Shown here piece by piece: positions 13,201 to 26,756 of a stretch of DNA of 64,000 nt. Below the pieces are notes generated by a model that had not been told where the DNA came from, made no database searches, and saw only the letters and a program-made list of their open reading frames with translations. This DNA comes from Hemiscyllium ocellatum (taxonomy: Eukaryota): NCBI RefSeq assembly GCF_020745735.1, contig NC_083409.1, forward strand, positions 85,022,048 to 85,086,047. The letters run 5' to 3'. How positions within the stretch are numbered: position 1 is the stretch's first letter; each line of letters starts with the position of its first letter. The position numbers and the translations under genes were made by a program.

Positions 13201-13235
13201 CACTAGCTTTCAAAGCGCCACTCCTTCATCAGGTG
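13201..13235 (-). ncRNA. Minimal hammerhead motif (family A) in a PLE end fragment (about 13110-13235)
   Basis: cac-CUGAUGA-AGGAGUGGCGCUUU-GAAA-GCUA-gug. Confidence 0.6.
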
Positions 13236-13751
13236 TTGGTGCTATGAATAGGAATGATAGAATATTTGCTTTACAACTTATTGGCTTAACAGCTAATTTT
13301 GCATAATTGCATAAGGAGTCTTTTTTTTTTATTTACAATTGCCTCAGTCTAAGTGTCAGCTATGGCTCAGTTAGTAGCTGTCAGCTGCTGAGTCAGAAGA
13401 TAATATGTTCAAGTTAAAGGCCTTGAGCACAAAATGCCAGTCTGGTATTCCTGTGCAGTACTGATGCAGTGGGGGTGAGATGCTGAGTCCGGAGCTGATG
13501 AGCTAACATAGCAAGGATCCAGCTGGCCACTGTGCATTGGACAGGAATCAGTACTTTGTAGAAGAGCAGTGATGCCCTGACCAATGTTATCCTTTAATGT
13601 GGATCATGGAAATAGATCACCTTGTCATTTGCATGTTGCTGTTTGGGGGGGGTGGGGGGGGGGGGTTCTATGTGCAAGTTGGCTGCTGTGATTCCGACAT
13701 TGCATCAGTGATTTGCCTTCATTGGTTCCAAATATTTTTGAGAAATCATGA

Positions 13752-14093
<342 letters not shown>

Positions 14094-14692
14094 TGACATT
14101 TATTGTGGCTGTCGATAGTGTTTGCACATGTGACTAGGAGGGTGCACTGGTGTGAACAAAAGTAAAAGGAGCTGCAGTTAGACCATATAGCCCCTCTAGC
14201 TTGCTCTGCCATTCAATATGATCATGACTGATCATTGACCTTAACTCAACTTTCCTGTCCTTTTCCCTTTATCACCAGATTTCCTGTAAGACCAAAGGTG
14301 TCTCTATCTCAGCTTAAATATATTCAATGGTTTAGTACTCGCAACAGTCCAGGTTAGAAAATTCCAAAGCTTCACAGCCCTCTAAATGAAGAAATCAGTA
14401 CTAAACCATTGATTTTTCCTGAGACTGGACTCCTGTGTATTAAATTCCTAAGCTGTGGGAAACAATCTGTTTTGTATCTTGGTGGGTGGGCTCCTATAAT
14501 GTGGCTGGGTATTCTTCTGTCTGACAGAGGTGCAGCTGAACAGCTGCCTACTCCTAACCCTATCACCGAGCCATGAAAGGGGAACCAGAATCATAAAAGT
14601 ATTCTCCTCTTCTGACTGAACACAAATGAAGGCAGAGTCTGAAGCACATTGTGAGGTGTCAATGGTGAGGTGTTGATTTATGCCTTGCAGAC

Positions 14693-15648
14693 CATAAGAA
14701 CATAAGAAAACAGGAGAAGGAGTAGGCAGACTGCCCCTTAAGCTGGCTCCACCATTCAAGATCATGGCTGATGTTTTTGTGGACTCTGCTCCACTTACTC
14801 GCCCATTCACCATTACCCTTAATTCCTTTGCTGTTCAAACGTTCATCTACCTTTCCTTAAAAACATTCAACGTGGTAGCTTCAACTACCTCACTAAGCAG
14901 GGAGTTCTACAGATTCACAACCCCTTGGGTGAAGAATTTCCTCCTCAACTCAGTCCTAAATCTGCTCCCTGTTATTTTGAGGCTATGCCCCCTAGTTCTC
15001 GTTCCACCTGCCAATGGAAACAACCTCCCCATTTCTATCTATCTATTCCCTTCATAATTGTATATATTTCTATAAGAACACTCCCCCCAATTCATCTAAA
15101 TTCCAATGAGTACAGTCCCAGTCTACTCAATCTGTCCTCATCAACCAACCCTCTCAATTCCAGAGTCAACATAGTGAACCTTCTCCCATCCTTTGCCAGA
15201 ACATCCTTTCTCAAGTAAGGAGACCAGAACTATACTTCACGTGTGACCTCACCAGTACCCTGCACATCTGCAGCATAACCTCCCTATTATTAAACTCCAT
15301 TCCTCGAGCAATGAATGACAATTTTTCATTTGCCTTCTTAATCACCTGCTGCACCTGCAAGCCAACTTTTTGTGATTCATGTACGAGGACATCCAGGTCC
15401 CTCTGCATGGTGGCATGCTGCAATTTTTCACCATTTAACTTATATCCATTTTGCTATTATTCCTACCATGTGAAGTGGATGACCTCACATTTACCAAAAT
15501 TGTATTCCATCTGACAGGCCCTCGCCCACTCAGTTAACCTGTCTATATCCCTCTGCAGACTTCCAGTGTCCTCTGCACACTTTGCTCTACCACTTATCTT
15601 AATGCCATCTGTGAACTTTGTCATGCAACACTTGGTCCCCAACTCTAA
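14693..15648 (-). mobile_element. CR1 LINE fragment
   Basis: (cataagaa) tail; minus strand KFTDGIKISG..LQRDIDRLTEWA..KCEVIHF. Confidence 0.8.
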
Positions 15649-16151
15649 ATTCTGAGATTCTAAACTTTGAAATTCTAGCCTTAACCATGTTGTCAGCAAA
15701 GACTGGCGAAGTACACCTCTAAGATCTAGGAAGGATATTATTTCTCAATTCTACCATTTTCAACAAAACTGTAGACAAGGTTCAGGTGACTTTAGTGATG
15801 ATGATCAAACAGAAGGAAAAATCAGCCCCTATTTGAAGCTGACTAGACTCATAACATATTTACAGTCAACAAAGAGCATGGAGTTTCAGTCTAGCCTAGA
15901 TTTAACCACTATTTGTTTTTATACAGTTCCTTCCTACTGGAAGAAAATATCCACTGCAATTTTGCAAAGTTGTAGCCAATGAAAACTAGCAGGAAAGTTA
16001 ACTTTTAAGAAATGTCCTAAGAGTTAAGAGCAAATTGGACAGGCAGGAGGATTTGGGTGGGTGGAGGGATAGATGGCTGGAGGCATTAATATGAAAATAA
16101 AACAAAGAACCGTGGATGCTGGAGTTCTGGAACAAAAACAGAAACTCTGCT

Positions 16152-16187
16152 GTTCTGATGACGAGTTACCGGACTTGAAATATTAAC
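16152..16187 (+). ncRNA. Minimal hammerhead motif (family C)
   Basis: guu-CUGAUGA-C-GAGUU-accg-GACUU-GAAA-UAUU-aac. Confidence 0.5.
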
Positions 16188-16270
16188 TTTGCTTTATCCC
16201 ACAGATGCTGCCAGACTTGCTGAGTTTTGCCAACAATTTCTGTTTCTGCTTTGATGCCAATGGTGGAGAT

Positions 16271-16788
16271 ACACAATTCTGGTTGCCATACTATAGGAAG
16301 GATGTTATTAAACTGGAAAGGGTGCAAAAAAGATTTATAAGGATGTGAGCGAGTCTCTAAGATTTGAATTATAAGGAGAGGCTGGATAGGTTGGAACTGT
16401 TTTCCCTGGAACTGAGGAAGCTTATAGAGGTGTATAAAATTATGGGTGGCATGGATAGAGTGAATAGCCAAGGTCTTTTCCACAGAGTAAGGGAGTGCAA
16501 AACTAGAGGGCATAGGTTTAAGGTGAGAGGGGAAAGATTTAAAAGGGGCCTGTAGGGCAACCTGTTCGCATAGAGGGTAGTGTATTATGGAACAAGCTGC
16601 CAGAGGAAGTTGTCGAGGCAAGTACAATTACAATATTTAAAAGACATTTGGACAGAAACGTGAATAGGAAAGATTTAGAGGCACATGGTCCAAATGCAGG
16701 CAAATGGGATTAGTTCAGTTTCGGAAACCTGGCTGGTATGGAGTTGGGGCAAAGGGCCTGTTTTGGTACTTTATTCCTCTGTGACTGT
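16271..16788 (+). mobile_element. CR1 LINE 3' fragment
   Basis: YKERLDRLELFSLE...TRGHRFKVRGERF. Confidence 0.8.
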
Positions 16789-17103
16789 AAGCTGAAATTG
16801 GGACAAAAGTTTGAGAAGTGTGGAGTGGGGTCCATGCTCGAAGGAACCGAAGAAAATGGAGATAGGGATTGAAATCAGAATGTTTAATTTGAAGATACTA
16901 TGAAACTTGAAGCCAGTGTTGATCAGCAGGGACAGGGGTGTGGGTGTAGAACATGATACCAGAGTGGTTTGAAAAGTACAGATTTGAAAAGCTAGAGTAT
17001 AGAGGATTTCAATCCAATGACAGATGTGAAAGGATAAAACTCTTACACGTTATATAATTGCCATTTTTATATCTGATGTTCTTCCATTCCTCCCCCACCC
17101 CAG

Positions 17104-17256
17104 ATTAATATGAAACTATATACTCAAGGTCTTGAGCGGGTCAAGATGGGTCACAGTGGAGTGCCAGACAGGCAGCTACTAACCAAAGCAAAAGCAGATT
17201 TGGATTTAATATTGTCTGTGTGCCCCTGTTTAAAGACATACCTGGATATGGGACAG
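17104..17256 (+). CDS. TTC22: TTC22 coding exon 6
   Basis: cccAG acceptor; INMKLYTQGLERVKMGHSGVPDRQLLTKAKADLDLILSVCPCLKTYLDMGQ; GTGAG donor. Confidence 0.92.
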
Positions 17257-19389
17257 GTGAGTACTGTGTGATTGAGCTTTGTCAAGGTTTTATCTTCTGT
17301 CAGTGAGGTAGCATAATGTTTATACTCCTGGACTCCTCCTCCACTGAATCTCAGTATCACTGAAGCCTCCCACCAACAGGACAGTCTGACCAGAGGGAAA
17401 AACACAACTGACCACAACCTCCCCCACTAATCTATCTATCGAAGATGCATCTGTACATGAAAGCTTTGAAAGGAGTAACAACCCCCTGTGGCGAGAGCAT
17501 CATTTTGTCCATAGTCACTACCTTTCACAATGTTAATTAGCACTATAGTGTGTTCAATAAATTCAGAGTCAATCTCACAGCATAAAACTGGTCATCCATG
17601 AAGCTTTGTGAGCCATCATCATCAGTAACAGAAACTTATTCAAGTGCAATCTATAAACTCAGCATTTCCCTCAAACCAGGAGAGCAAACCTTGTTTGGTA
17701 AGGAGTACACAAGAGTGACTGTGACTAGACATTAGTGTTTAAACAGATAACTGGAGGTGGAGGCTCCACAAATCCACCAACCTCAATCACAGGAAGTGCA
17801 ATACATCAGTGCAAAGGAAGCTTGAAGCATTTACAACCAATCTGGAGTACTATGCAAAATATTCATCTTGGCCTCCTGCAGACGTCTTCAGCATTACTGA
17901 TGCCAGTCATGAGCCAAGTTGATTCACTCGCATGATATGACAAAAGGGCATACAACAAGAGCAAGGTGCCCTGATTACAATTCCCCTCTAGTGTGAATGA
18001 TTTGTGCTCTAGAACGATCCCCTAGTCAAGATGTTCCAGTAGAGCTAATCCAGTTACCCATTCTATCAGGACAATTGTTTTGAAGTCAACGGAATGCAAA
18101 TGCAATGGGCTATAAAAATGTGTTCAGCTTGATCTTGTCCTGTTTATGACCTTGCCCACATTGAGATAGATTCAGCTTTTGACTCTGTGGTCTTGAGAAT
18201 GAATTTGAAGTAATGATAGAAATTGTGTTTGAAAATTGCCATCGGCCAACTAGCAGCAAAATTTGTTGGTCTATTTAATGTTTGGCGCACCACATGGTCA
18301 GTGAACTGTAGATTAATATGGCTAGCATAGCCCCTTTTTAATTTGTAATGTTTCAAATTAAAGCAGACCAACAGTCAAGCTTTTGTTTAAACAAGTTAAA
18401 GGTTAGTTTATTGCAAGTTATTACAGAGGGTTCTGAAGGGATAGAATTGTTAACAAATATAGGTACCAGGATTAAAACAAAGTACACATCAAGCAAAAAA
18501 ATCTTGTAAGTAGAATATCCAGTCAGTCTGTGGGATAAATCCTTAAGGCCCATTGTTTGAGTTCTTTGTTTAAGAAATTAAGACTTGAAGTCATATCCAG
18601 TAGCTGTGGTGGCTTCTGTAATTGGATAATTAGTATTTTCTTGCAAAGGATAGTTGACTCTAGGAAAGAATCCCTTTTTTATCTCTCTCTGTATGTCTCG
18701 ATAGAAACTCTCTGTCTAGACAGCTTACCTTTTTGTGTCATTCATAGTTGACAAGGTAGAATGGCCACTGTTATCAAGTGACCTATGCAGTGACACATTT
18801 CAGGGACAACTCTGTTCTCCTACTTTTTTTTGTAAAAGATGTTTTCTAATTGATGTGTTCAGAGGTATTATTACACACCTCGGGACTTGAGCCTGGGCCT
18901 CTTCACCCAGAGGTAGGAACTTTTTAAATTAAACCACCACTTAACCTCCCAATTTACCCACTAAACAAGTAACAATTAATAACAACAAAAAAAGGACAGA
19001 GTAGGAAGGGAGGGAGGGTACTAAATCAAAATAGAGTTGAAGGGAGAAATTGTGGTTCTAAGTCTTAGTTGCGGTCAATGCACAATTTACATTGTTGCAA
19101 TGAGTCATCATGAGTACTATTAACTCCCAGAAAAGAGTTTTTACATGTTTGTGCACGTTTCTGTGAGATCCTTGTAGAACTTGCAGTTGCGCAATCAGGT
19201 GACTTGTAGCAGCCGCATTTTTAGCTTCTTGCCCAGTTGCAATCAGATTAACTTTTTTTAACAGTAAGTAGTGTAGCCTTTAACAGTCTTTCTCCTAATA
19301 AAAAGCATCCCCTAGTTACACAATCATAAAATGGTAGATCAGGAGACAATGGCCTAGTGGTATTATCACTCGGCTGTTATTCCAGAGAC

Positions 19390-20940
19390 GAGAAAGTGAG
19401 GACTGCAGATCAGAGTCGAGAATGTGGTGATGGGAAAACACAGCAGGTCAGGCAGCATCCAAGGAGCAGGAGAATCACACTTCAGTCATAAGCCCTTCAT
19501 CAGGAATGAGGCTTGTGGGCCGGGGCTGAGAGATAAATGAAAGAGGGGTGGGGTTGGGGGGGAAGGTAGTTGAGAAACTGACAGGTGGGTGAAGGTCAAG
19601 GGGAGTGATGGACAGGTCTGGAGTGTGGTGCTGAGTTGGAGGTTTGGGATTGGGATACTGTGGGGGATGGGGAAATTAGGAAGCTGTTAAAATCCACATT
19701 AATCCTGCATGGTTGCAAAGTCCCAAGGTGGAATATGAGGCATTCCTCCTCGAGGCGTCAGGTGGTAACATTTTGGCGGTGGAGGAGGCCCAGGACCTGC
19801 ATGTCCTTGACAAAGTGGGAGGGGGAGTTGAAGTTTTCAGCCACAGGGCAGTGGGGTTGGTGGATGCAGGTGTCTCAGAGATGTTCCCTGAAATGATCCG
19901 AAAGAAGGCGTCCTTGTCTCCCTGTTGTAGGGGAGACTACACTGGATGCAATGGATGCAGTAGATGACAATGGTAGAGGTACAGGTAAATTTCTGATGAA
20001 TGTGGAAGGATCCCTTGGGGCCTTGAATGGAGGTGAGAGGAGTGGTGGATGTGCAGGTTTGGCACTTCCTGCGGTGGCAGGGAAAGGTGCCAGGAGTGGG
20101 GTGTGGGCTGGTGGGGGATGTGGACCTGACGAGGGAGTCATGGAGGGAATGGTCTCTCTGGAACGCTGATAGGGGTGGGGAGGGAAATATATTTTTGGTG
20201 GTGGCGGAAGTGACGGAGGATGTTGCAATTTATGTGGAGGTTGGTGGGGTGGAAGTTGAGGACCGGGGGGTGGTTCTGTCCTTGTTGCATTGGGAAGGGT
20301 GGGGTTCAAAGGCGGTGGTGCATGAAGTGGAGGAGATGTGCTGGAGAGCATTGTCAACCACATGGGAAGGGAAGTTGCGATCATGGAAGAATGACATCTG
20401 GGACTTTCTGAGGTGGAATCAGTCATCCTGGGAACAGATGCTGCAGAAGTAGAGGAATTGGGAATAAGGCATGGCGTTTTTGCAGGTGGTAGGGTGGGAG
20501 GAAGTGTAGTCTAGGTAGCTGTGGGAGTCAGTGAGCATGCAATAGATGCCTGCGGCCTTGGGCTCCTCCACCAACCATTACCACCCAACCGCTGAAGGAG
20601 GAAGGGCTTATATTCTGCCTTGGGACCCTGCAACCACACGGGACTTGAACAGTTTCCTCATTCCCCTATCCAAAATTATCCCAGTTCCAAGCCTCCAACT
20701 CGGCACCACCCACCTGACCTGTCCATCATCACTCCCCCTCTGACCTATCACCTCTCCCTCATCTTCACCCACCTATCACGTTCTCAGCTACCTTTCACCC
20801 CAAACCTCACTCCCCCATTTATCCCTTAGCCCTGGACTACAAGCCTCATTCCTGATGAAGGGCTTATGCCCGAAACATTGATTGTCCTGCTCGTTGGATG
20901 CTGCCTGACATGCTGTACTTTCCCAGCAGCACACTCTCCA
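19390..20940. mobile_element. Penelope-like retroelement, 5'-truncated with inverted terminal copy
   Basis: Minus strand encodes decayed RT thumb (TDSHSYLDYTSSHPTTCKNAMPYSQFL) and GIY-YIG-like (VIYCIHCIQCSLPY..ET; LSDHFREH) motifs; inverted ends carry hammerheads; TSD ctgttattccagagac (19374-19389) / ctgttaatccaaagac (20941-20956). Confidence 0.85.
20848..20883 (+). ncRNA. Minimal hammerhead motif (family B)
   Basis: auuc-CUGAUGA-A-GGGC-uuau-GCCC-GAAA-CAUU-gau. Confidence 0.6.
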
Positions 20941-21046
20941 CTGTTAATCCAAAGACCCAGGTAATGTTCTGGGGACCTGGGTTCAAATCATACTATGGCA
21001 GATGGTGGAAGTCAATACAAATCTAGAATTACGAGTCTAATAACTA

Positions 21047-21494
21047 GATTAGATTCCCTACAGTATGGAAACAAGTCCACACCGACCCTCTGAAGAGTAA
21101 CCCACTCACACCCATTCCCCTACCCTATATTTACCCCTAATGAATGTACCTAACACTGTGACACACTTTCCTCATTCCTGAAGAAGGGCTTATGCCCGAA
21201 ACATCGAATCTCCTGCTCCTTGGATGCTGCCTGACCTGCTGCGCTTTTCCAGCAACACATTTTCAGCTCGGATCTCCAGCATCTGCAGTCCTCACTTTCT
21301 CCAGCAATTTAGCATGGCCAATTCACCTAACCTGCACATCTTTGGACCGTGGGAGAAAACGGAGCACCCAGACGAAACCTAGTGGACACAGGGAGAACGT
21401 GCAAAGTCCACACAGACAGTTGCCTGTGCTGGGAATCGAACCCGGGTCCCTGATGTTACGAGGCAGCAGTGCTAACTGCTGAACCACCATGCCA
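21047..21494 (-). mobile_element. HE1/V-SINE-type SINE interrupted by a PLE end (about 21165-21302)
   Basis: Same family as 26464-26756. Confidence 0.7.
21174..21209 (+). ncRNA. Minimal hammerhead motif (family B) in a PLE end nested in a SINE
   Basis: auuc-CUGAAGA-A-GGGC-uuau-GCCC-GAAA-C-AUC-gaau; 4-bp stem I. Confidence 0.62.
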
Positions 21495-21886
21495 TCTAAA
21501 TGATGACCGTGAATATATTGTGAATCATTGGGGGAAAAAAAAAACTTATCTGGTTCACTAATGTCCTTAAGGGAAGGAAACTGCCAACCTTATCTATGAG
21601 GCCTACTCCAGACCTTCAACAATGTGGTTGACTCAACTGCACTCTGGGATGGGCAATAAATGCTGGCCGAGCCATTGATGCTCTCATCCCTTGAATGCAT
21701 TTTTTAAAAACGTCCCCACAGATATTCGTTGTATACTAAACTGATGACTCTCAAACTGGTTGGAGCTCTTGTGGATTATGAACTTTTCTAGATATGTAAA
21801 TTTGTTTAGTCTTGAAATGCACTGCCACCCAAGTTCAATTTCATTGCTTCTTTTGGATTAATAACCTATTTCTGTATTGCTCGCAG

Positions 21887-22384
21887 GTTTGTTACTACAT
21901 GGGTGTTGACGCTGTGCAGGAACTCCAGTTGGTGGATGAGAATGCACTAAACAATGCTTTAGTTTTCTTTGCCAAAGCCATGGAGCTTGACATGGGAGAT
22001 ACGCTGCCCGAGATCCAGTTGCTGAGAGGGAAGTGTTTACAGGTCAAAGGGGAGGAGCACAATGCAGTTGAGTGCTTCAAGCAAGCAATTGAACTTGATG
22101 ATGTAGGATCCCAGTACTCTGAGACATTCCGCTGCCTCATTGAATCGCTTTTGTCACTGTTCATCCAGGAGAAATCCAGTGAGGAAATGGTTATCCGTGA
22201 GGTGGAAATCTGGGTAGAAAAAGCTGAGGCAAAGTATCAAATGGAGAGAGTCCGACAGGAACTGCGCTTAATTTGCCGAAACCATACGCCAAAGATTTTA
22301 AAACTCTCCAGAGCTATGATCATAGCTGGGAAGCTGCGAATAGTAAAATTACTTTTGGAAACAATGAATCCTGATCACACCTGA
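21887..22384 (+). CDS. TTC22: TTC22 last coding exon (7)
   Basis: cgcAG acceptor; VCYYMGVDAVQELQLVDENALNNALVFFAKAMELD...LLETMNPDHT*; the seven exons sum to 1662 nt (553 aa plus stop). Confidence 0.93.
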   Translation, partial: VCYYMGVDAVQELQLVDENALNNALVFFAKAMELDMGDTLPEIQLLRGKCLQVKGEEHNAVECFKQAIELDDVGSQYSETFRCLIESLLSLFIQEKSSEEMVIREVEIWVEKAEAKYQMERVRQELRLICRNHTPKILKLSRAMIIAGKLRIVKLLLETMNPDHT

Positions 22385-24722
22385 GTTAGTTAGATTTTGG
22401 TTAAGGAGTTGTTTGAATGCTTTCACTACCTGTCTTTAAGCACTCACTACTTAAGGGTTTCTGCCAGCAAACCTTGCCTTTCCAGTTTAATCAGATGGGC
22501 CAAATGTTGAATAGCCTGTGAATTGCAATTTAACCTATCTCATGTTTTCACCATTATGTTGCCCCTCTGTTGGCGAGCTGCAGAAAAGGTGTCCCCAGTA
22601 TAAAATACCAAATAGATGACAGCCAGAATTTGATTGGAATATGATTCTTTCAAAGTGATTTGTTCACCTTTTATTAAACACTCACAAATGTCTCCTAACC
22701 AGGCTAAACATACATTGTTTTTAGACACACAGGAGTGAGTAATGTGACCTAGATAGCACCTTCCTGATGAATCTCAGATCTTTTTGGTTTTCTGGAATTC
22801 TCTGGCAGAAATATTTAATCTATAAAACGTCATTAAAATGCCAGGTCAAATGTAGTATTGGTTAATCAAAGGATAAAACACAACCTACTTTACTCAACAA
22901 TGTGACTCAACTCAAATATCAGTTGAACACCTACCACTCTATCAGATCATTTCCTACACAAGCCACCCTGGAACCCTTTGGGAGAAAACCCTGTTTCAGA
23001 ATGAGCATGTGGTGAGCATTAAGTAGCTGCAGTCTTATGAACACTGCTCTAAATTCATTCTGCTCTGACCACTCTAACTGGCAGAGAACAGTTTTATTGC
23101 AGTTCATAGAGAGGAGAGGGGGTTATCTTAATCAATCATCACCCAGATCCTCATCTCACTTTCGGAGCATGTGTTGTGGTAATATGCCACAGATATAATA
23201 ACTTGGAACTCACGCTGGTAATTCTCATTGGTCTGTTTTTCTTTTTAAACTTCTAAAATTTTGAATGCCAGCAGAATCACAGCTGTCTGATGAGATTGAA
23301 CCTTTTTGATTTATTGGATTTAAACTGCTTACTTGCAAAGTAAGAATTGTATGAAATTGAAAATTATAGCGATGTGATCTAATGAATGACTTTGTACCCT
23401 TATTGTACTTAAGTAAGTACAATGCTGAAGTGATTCAAACACCAGATATCTTTGAGCATGAGTGCTTGAGGCCGACACTTCAAGCACAGAATTATTGATT
23501 TAATGAAAATGAACTTAGCTTCTCCAGGTGTGGTGGTCTACTTCAGCTGTGGCTTTGGTGACAAAGGGGGTCCTTGAGGCAGCTTCTGTGATATCTTTGG
23601 CAGCTTGGTGTCCAGCCCAAGATTCGGTAGCTTCCATGGCAGCTTTCTGTGACAGCGGAGAATGTGATCCCTGTCTTTTCCTCAACCTTGGGGACCCATG
23701 AGCCGAGAATTGAACAGAGATGGACTTGGTCTTGAATTTTTTTTTATATACAATTGCTGGTATTCATTTAGGTAGTGGAGTTGGTGACTTAAACACTTCT
23801 CACTGTAATTATTTTGTAAAAACAGAAATGGAAATAAATTACTATTCTATTCAAAAGCCAAACACTGGATGTTGGAGTATCTGAAATGAAACTGGAGAAA
23901 CTCAGCAGGTTAGCAGCAACTCCATTGGGAAAGTTAATGTTTCAGGACCACTGAAGAAGTGTCATGCTGGACTACAAGCATTAACTCTATTTTTCCTTCC
24001 ATATATGCTGCCAGACTTGTCATTTTTGTTTTCATTCCCCACAATATGGCTACTTTGAAGAAGGCATCAGTCACTTGTGGTGAAACTGAGGAAATGTGGC
24101 ATTCCCTTCCCTCCGCTGGCTCTGAATCTCCTTTGGAATGTCCAGCTAGGCTCTTTGACTTCAAAAAAGGGCTAATGTGCCATTCCTCTCAAAACAAAAC
24201 TGTTTAAATTTAGCTTTCCAACTGCACTACAAATACAATTGTTACAAACGTCAACAGCTTGAACTCTTCTAACACATTCATGAAGCATGCAGAAAGTATC
24301 ACTACAATATTTAAAGAAAATGAATTGTAAAACTTGCCATTGTGCATTTAGTAAGGTTTATTTGTAAGTTTGAATGTGACCATTCATTGCTATGGTTCCA
24401 ATTATTGCTATCCACCCGTTACTGAGAGGATAGTGGTGGGTTTTCTCCTCTCTCAAGTGCAGGATTTTTGTTTACACCATCTACAGTAAAACAATTAATT
24501 TTTTTCCCATTGAGAGAAACAGACATGGGTTCATTTGGAGTGGCTGAGCAGAAGGGTGGCCTGCATGATCAGGTGAGTGTTGCATATACACTTGGAGAGG
24601 GAAGCAACAAAATGGAGGCACCTATCTTAAAGCCCAAACAGAATTCTCCAGATAGTGACCAGAAACACCTGGGGCAATGATTGCACTGTCTTGCCAATGT
24701 TTGTTACTGTTAATTTTTAAAA

Positions 24723-25005
24723 ATTAGATTCCCTACAATCTGGAAACAGGCCCTTCAGTCCAACAAGTCCACACCAACCTTCCAAAGAGTAACCCACCCA
24801 GACCCATCCCCCCCTTGACTAATGCACCTAACACTACGGGCAATTTAAAATGGCCAATTCACCTGTACATCTTTGGACTGTGGAAGGAAACCAGATCACC
24901 CGGAGGAAACCCACGCAGACAAGGGGAGAATGTGCAAACTCCACACAGACAGTTACCCAAGGCAGGAATCGAACTCGGGTCCGGGTGCTAACCACTGAAC
25001 CACTG
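24723..25005 (-). mobile_element. HE1/V-SINE-type SINE
   Basis: Diverged copy of the 26464 family. Confidence 0.75.
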
Positions 25006-25791
25006 AGGCAATGATAAAGGTTTCAAAAGGTGTTATCCTCCTTGTATGACACTATACTTATTGCTATCCTTTTAAAATTTATAACCAATATTTCACATTC
25101 AACAAGATGCTGTTCTTAATATCCATTCAAATACACACCCGAAACTGCTTAAGAAAAGCAGCCAATCTATTTGGAATCTGTTTGAAGCTCATCAAAAGCG
25201 ATTTGAACAATAACAGCACTAAAATGGAAAATGTAGGTTTAGGTTTCTGAGACAGAAAGCTTGGATATTATCTCCCATATTGAATTTTGGAAAACTCCTG
25301 TGTAAAGCTAAAATTTAGAGTTTCTGAGTTCTAGCATATTTTGTCAATCAAGGTTAGGTAGCAATGCACTGGAAGAGCTGCAGATAGCAATGTTCCTATT
25401 ATTTTTCAAGCATGAAATAGATTCCTGCAGTTCTCACTTACTTTTCATCTATGTATTTCAAAAATGTTGCCATTGTTTCTTCTGTACTAAATGGAATATC
25501 TTCAGTTACTCTTTAGCTTTTGACATGATTGTCATATCATTCACCATAAAGATTATTCATGCCTTCCTGAAGTAGGTTAGGCATGTGACCAATGGTGCAC
25601 CATTAGAGTTATAGATATTTTCTAACTTGCCTGTTCAGACTTGCTATTACAAACCTCTGAATCAGGTTGGGACTTGAAAATGAGTCTCCTGGCCCAGAAG
25701 TAGGGACGCTGTCTGGCCTGATCACAAGAATAGAAAGAACAGTGTTACGACAAGGGGTAAACCCTTCTGCTAATTTAAGCCAGCCACACAG

Positions 25792-26038
25792 AAGATATAA
25801 AAGAGAGCTAAGGGGCAACTTTTTCACACAGAGGGTGGTACGTGTATGGAATGAACTGCCAGAGGATGTGGTGAAGGCTGGTACAATTGCGACATTTAAG
25901 AGGCATTTGGATGGGTATATGAATAGGAAGGGTTTGGAGGGGTATGGGCCAGGTGCTGGCAGGTGGGACTAGATTGGGTTGGGATATCTGGTCAGCATGG
26001 ACGGGTTTGTTTCCATGCTGTACATCTCTATGACTCTA
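25792..26038 (+). mobile_element. CR1 LINE 3' end
   Basis: Near-identical family to 1145-1400 (RGNFFTQRVVRVWNELPE). Confidence 0.8.
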
Positions 26039-26463
26039 AAAGCTCAGCTCATGCCAGAATCTGTTAAATTGTGAGTGGCAAAGAACTATCTCAACTATCA
26101 TTATTTAAAGAAAAATTTAACAGTTTTATTCTTTAAGTCCAAAAGAGAATGTTTAGATCACAAAAATTTACAACTCCTTTCTCTTAAACCTATCTTTTAC
26201 CTCCCACTCTACCACACTGGTCCAATACAAACTCTATTAAGATTTATTAAAAAAAGTCAAATTTCAAAGCCAGCCAGTTGTCACTTTTCCCTTAGCATCT
26301 TCATCTGTACTTTCCTGGGTCTTTTCTTCAGTCTTCTGCTTCACAAATTTTTTATGAAAAGGTACCTTTTCAGAGCAAGACACTACAGCCCATATCTTTA
26401 TTTGTTGGTGCCCTTTACCACTCTGGCTAACCGTTCAAAATATCTGATTTAATATACTTCAAA

Positions 26464-26756
26464 GCGGCACGGTGGCACAGTGGTTAGCACTGTTGCCTCA
26501 CAGCGCCTGAGATCCGGGTTCATTTCCCGACTCAGGCGACTGACTGTGTGGAGTTTGCACATTCTCCCTGTGTCTGCGTGGGTTTCCTCCGAGTGCTCCG
26601 GTTTCCTCCCACAGTCCAAAGATGTGCGGGCCAGGTGAATTGGCCATGCTAAATTGCCCGTAGTGTTAGGTAAGGGGTATGGGTGGGTTGTGCTTCGGCG
26701 GGTCGGTGTGGACTTGTTGGGCCGAAGGGCCTGTTTCCACACTGTAAGTAATCTAA
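26464..26756 (+). mobile_element. HE1/V-SINE-type tRNA-derived SINE
   Basis: A box TGGCACAGTGG, B-box-like GGTTCATTTCC, central gtgtggagtttgcacattctccc, CR1-like 3' tail gaagggcctgtttccacactgt plus (aatct). Confidence 0.85.
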
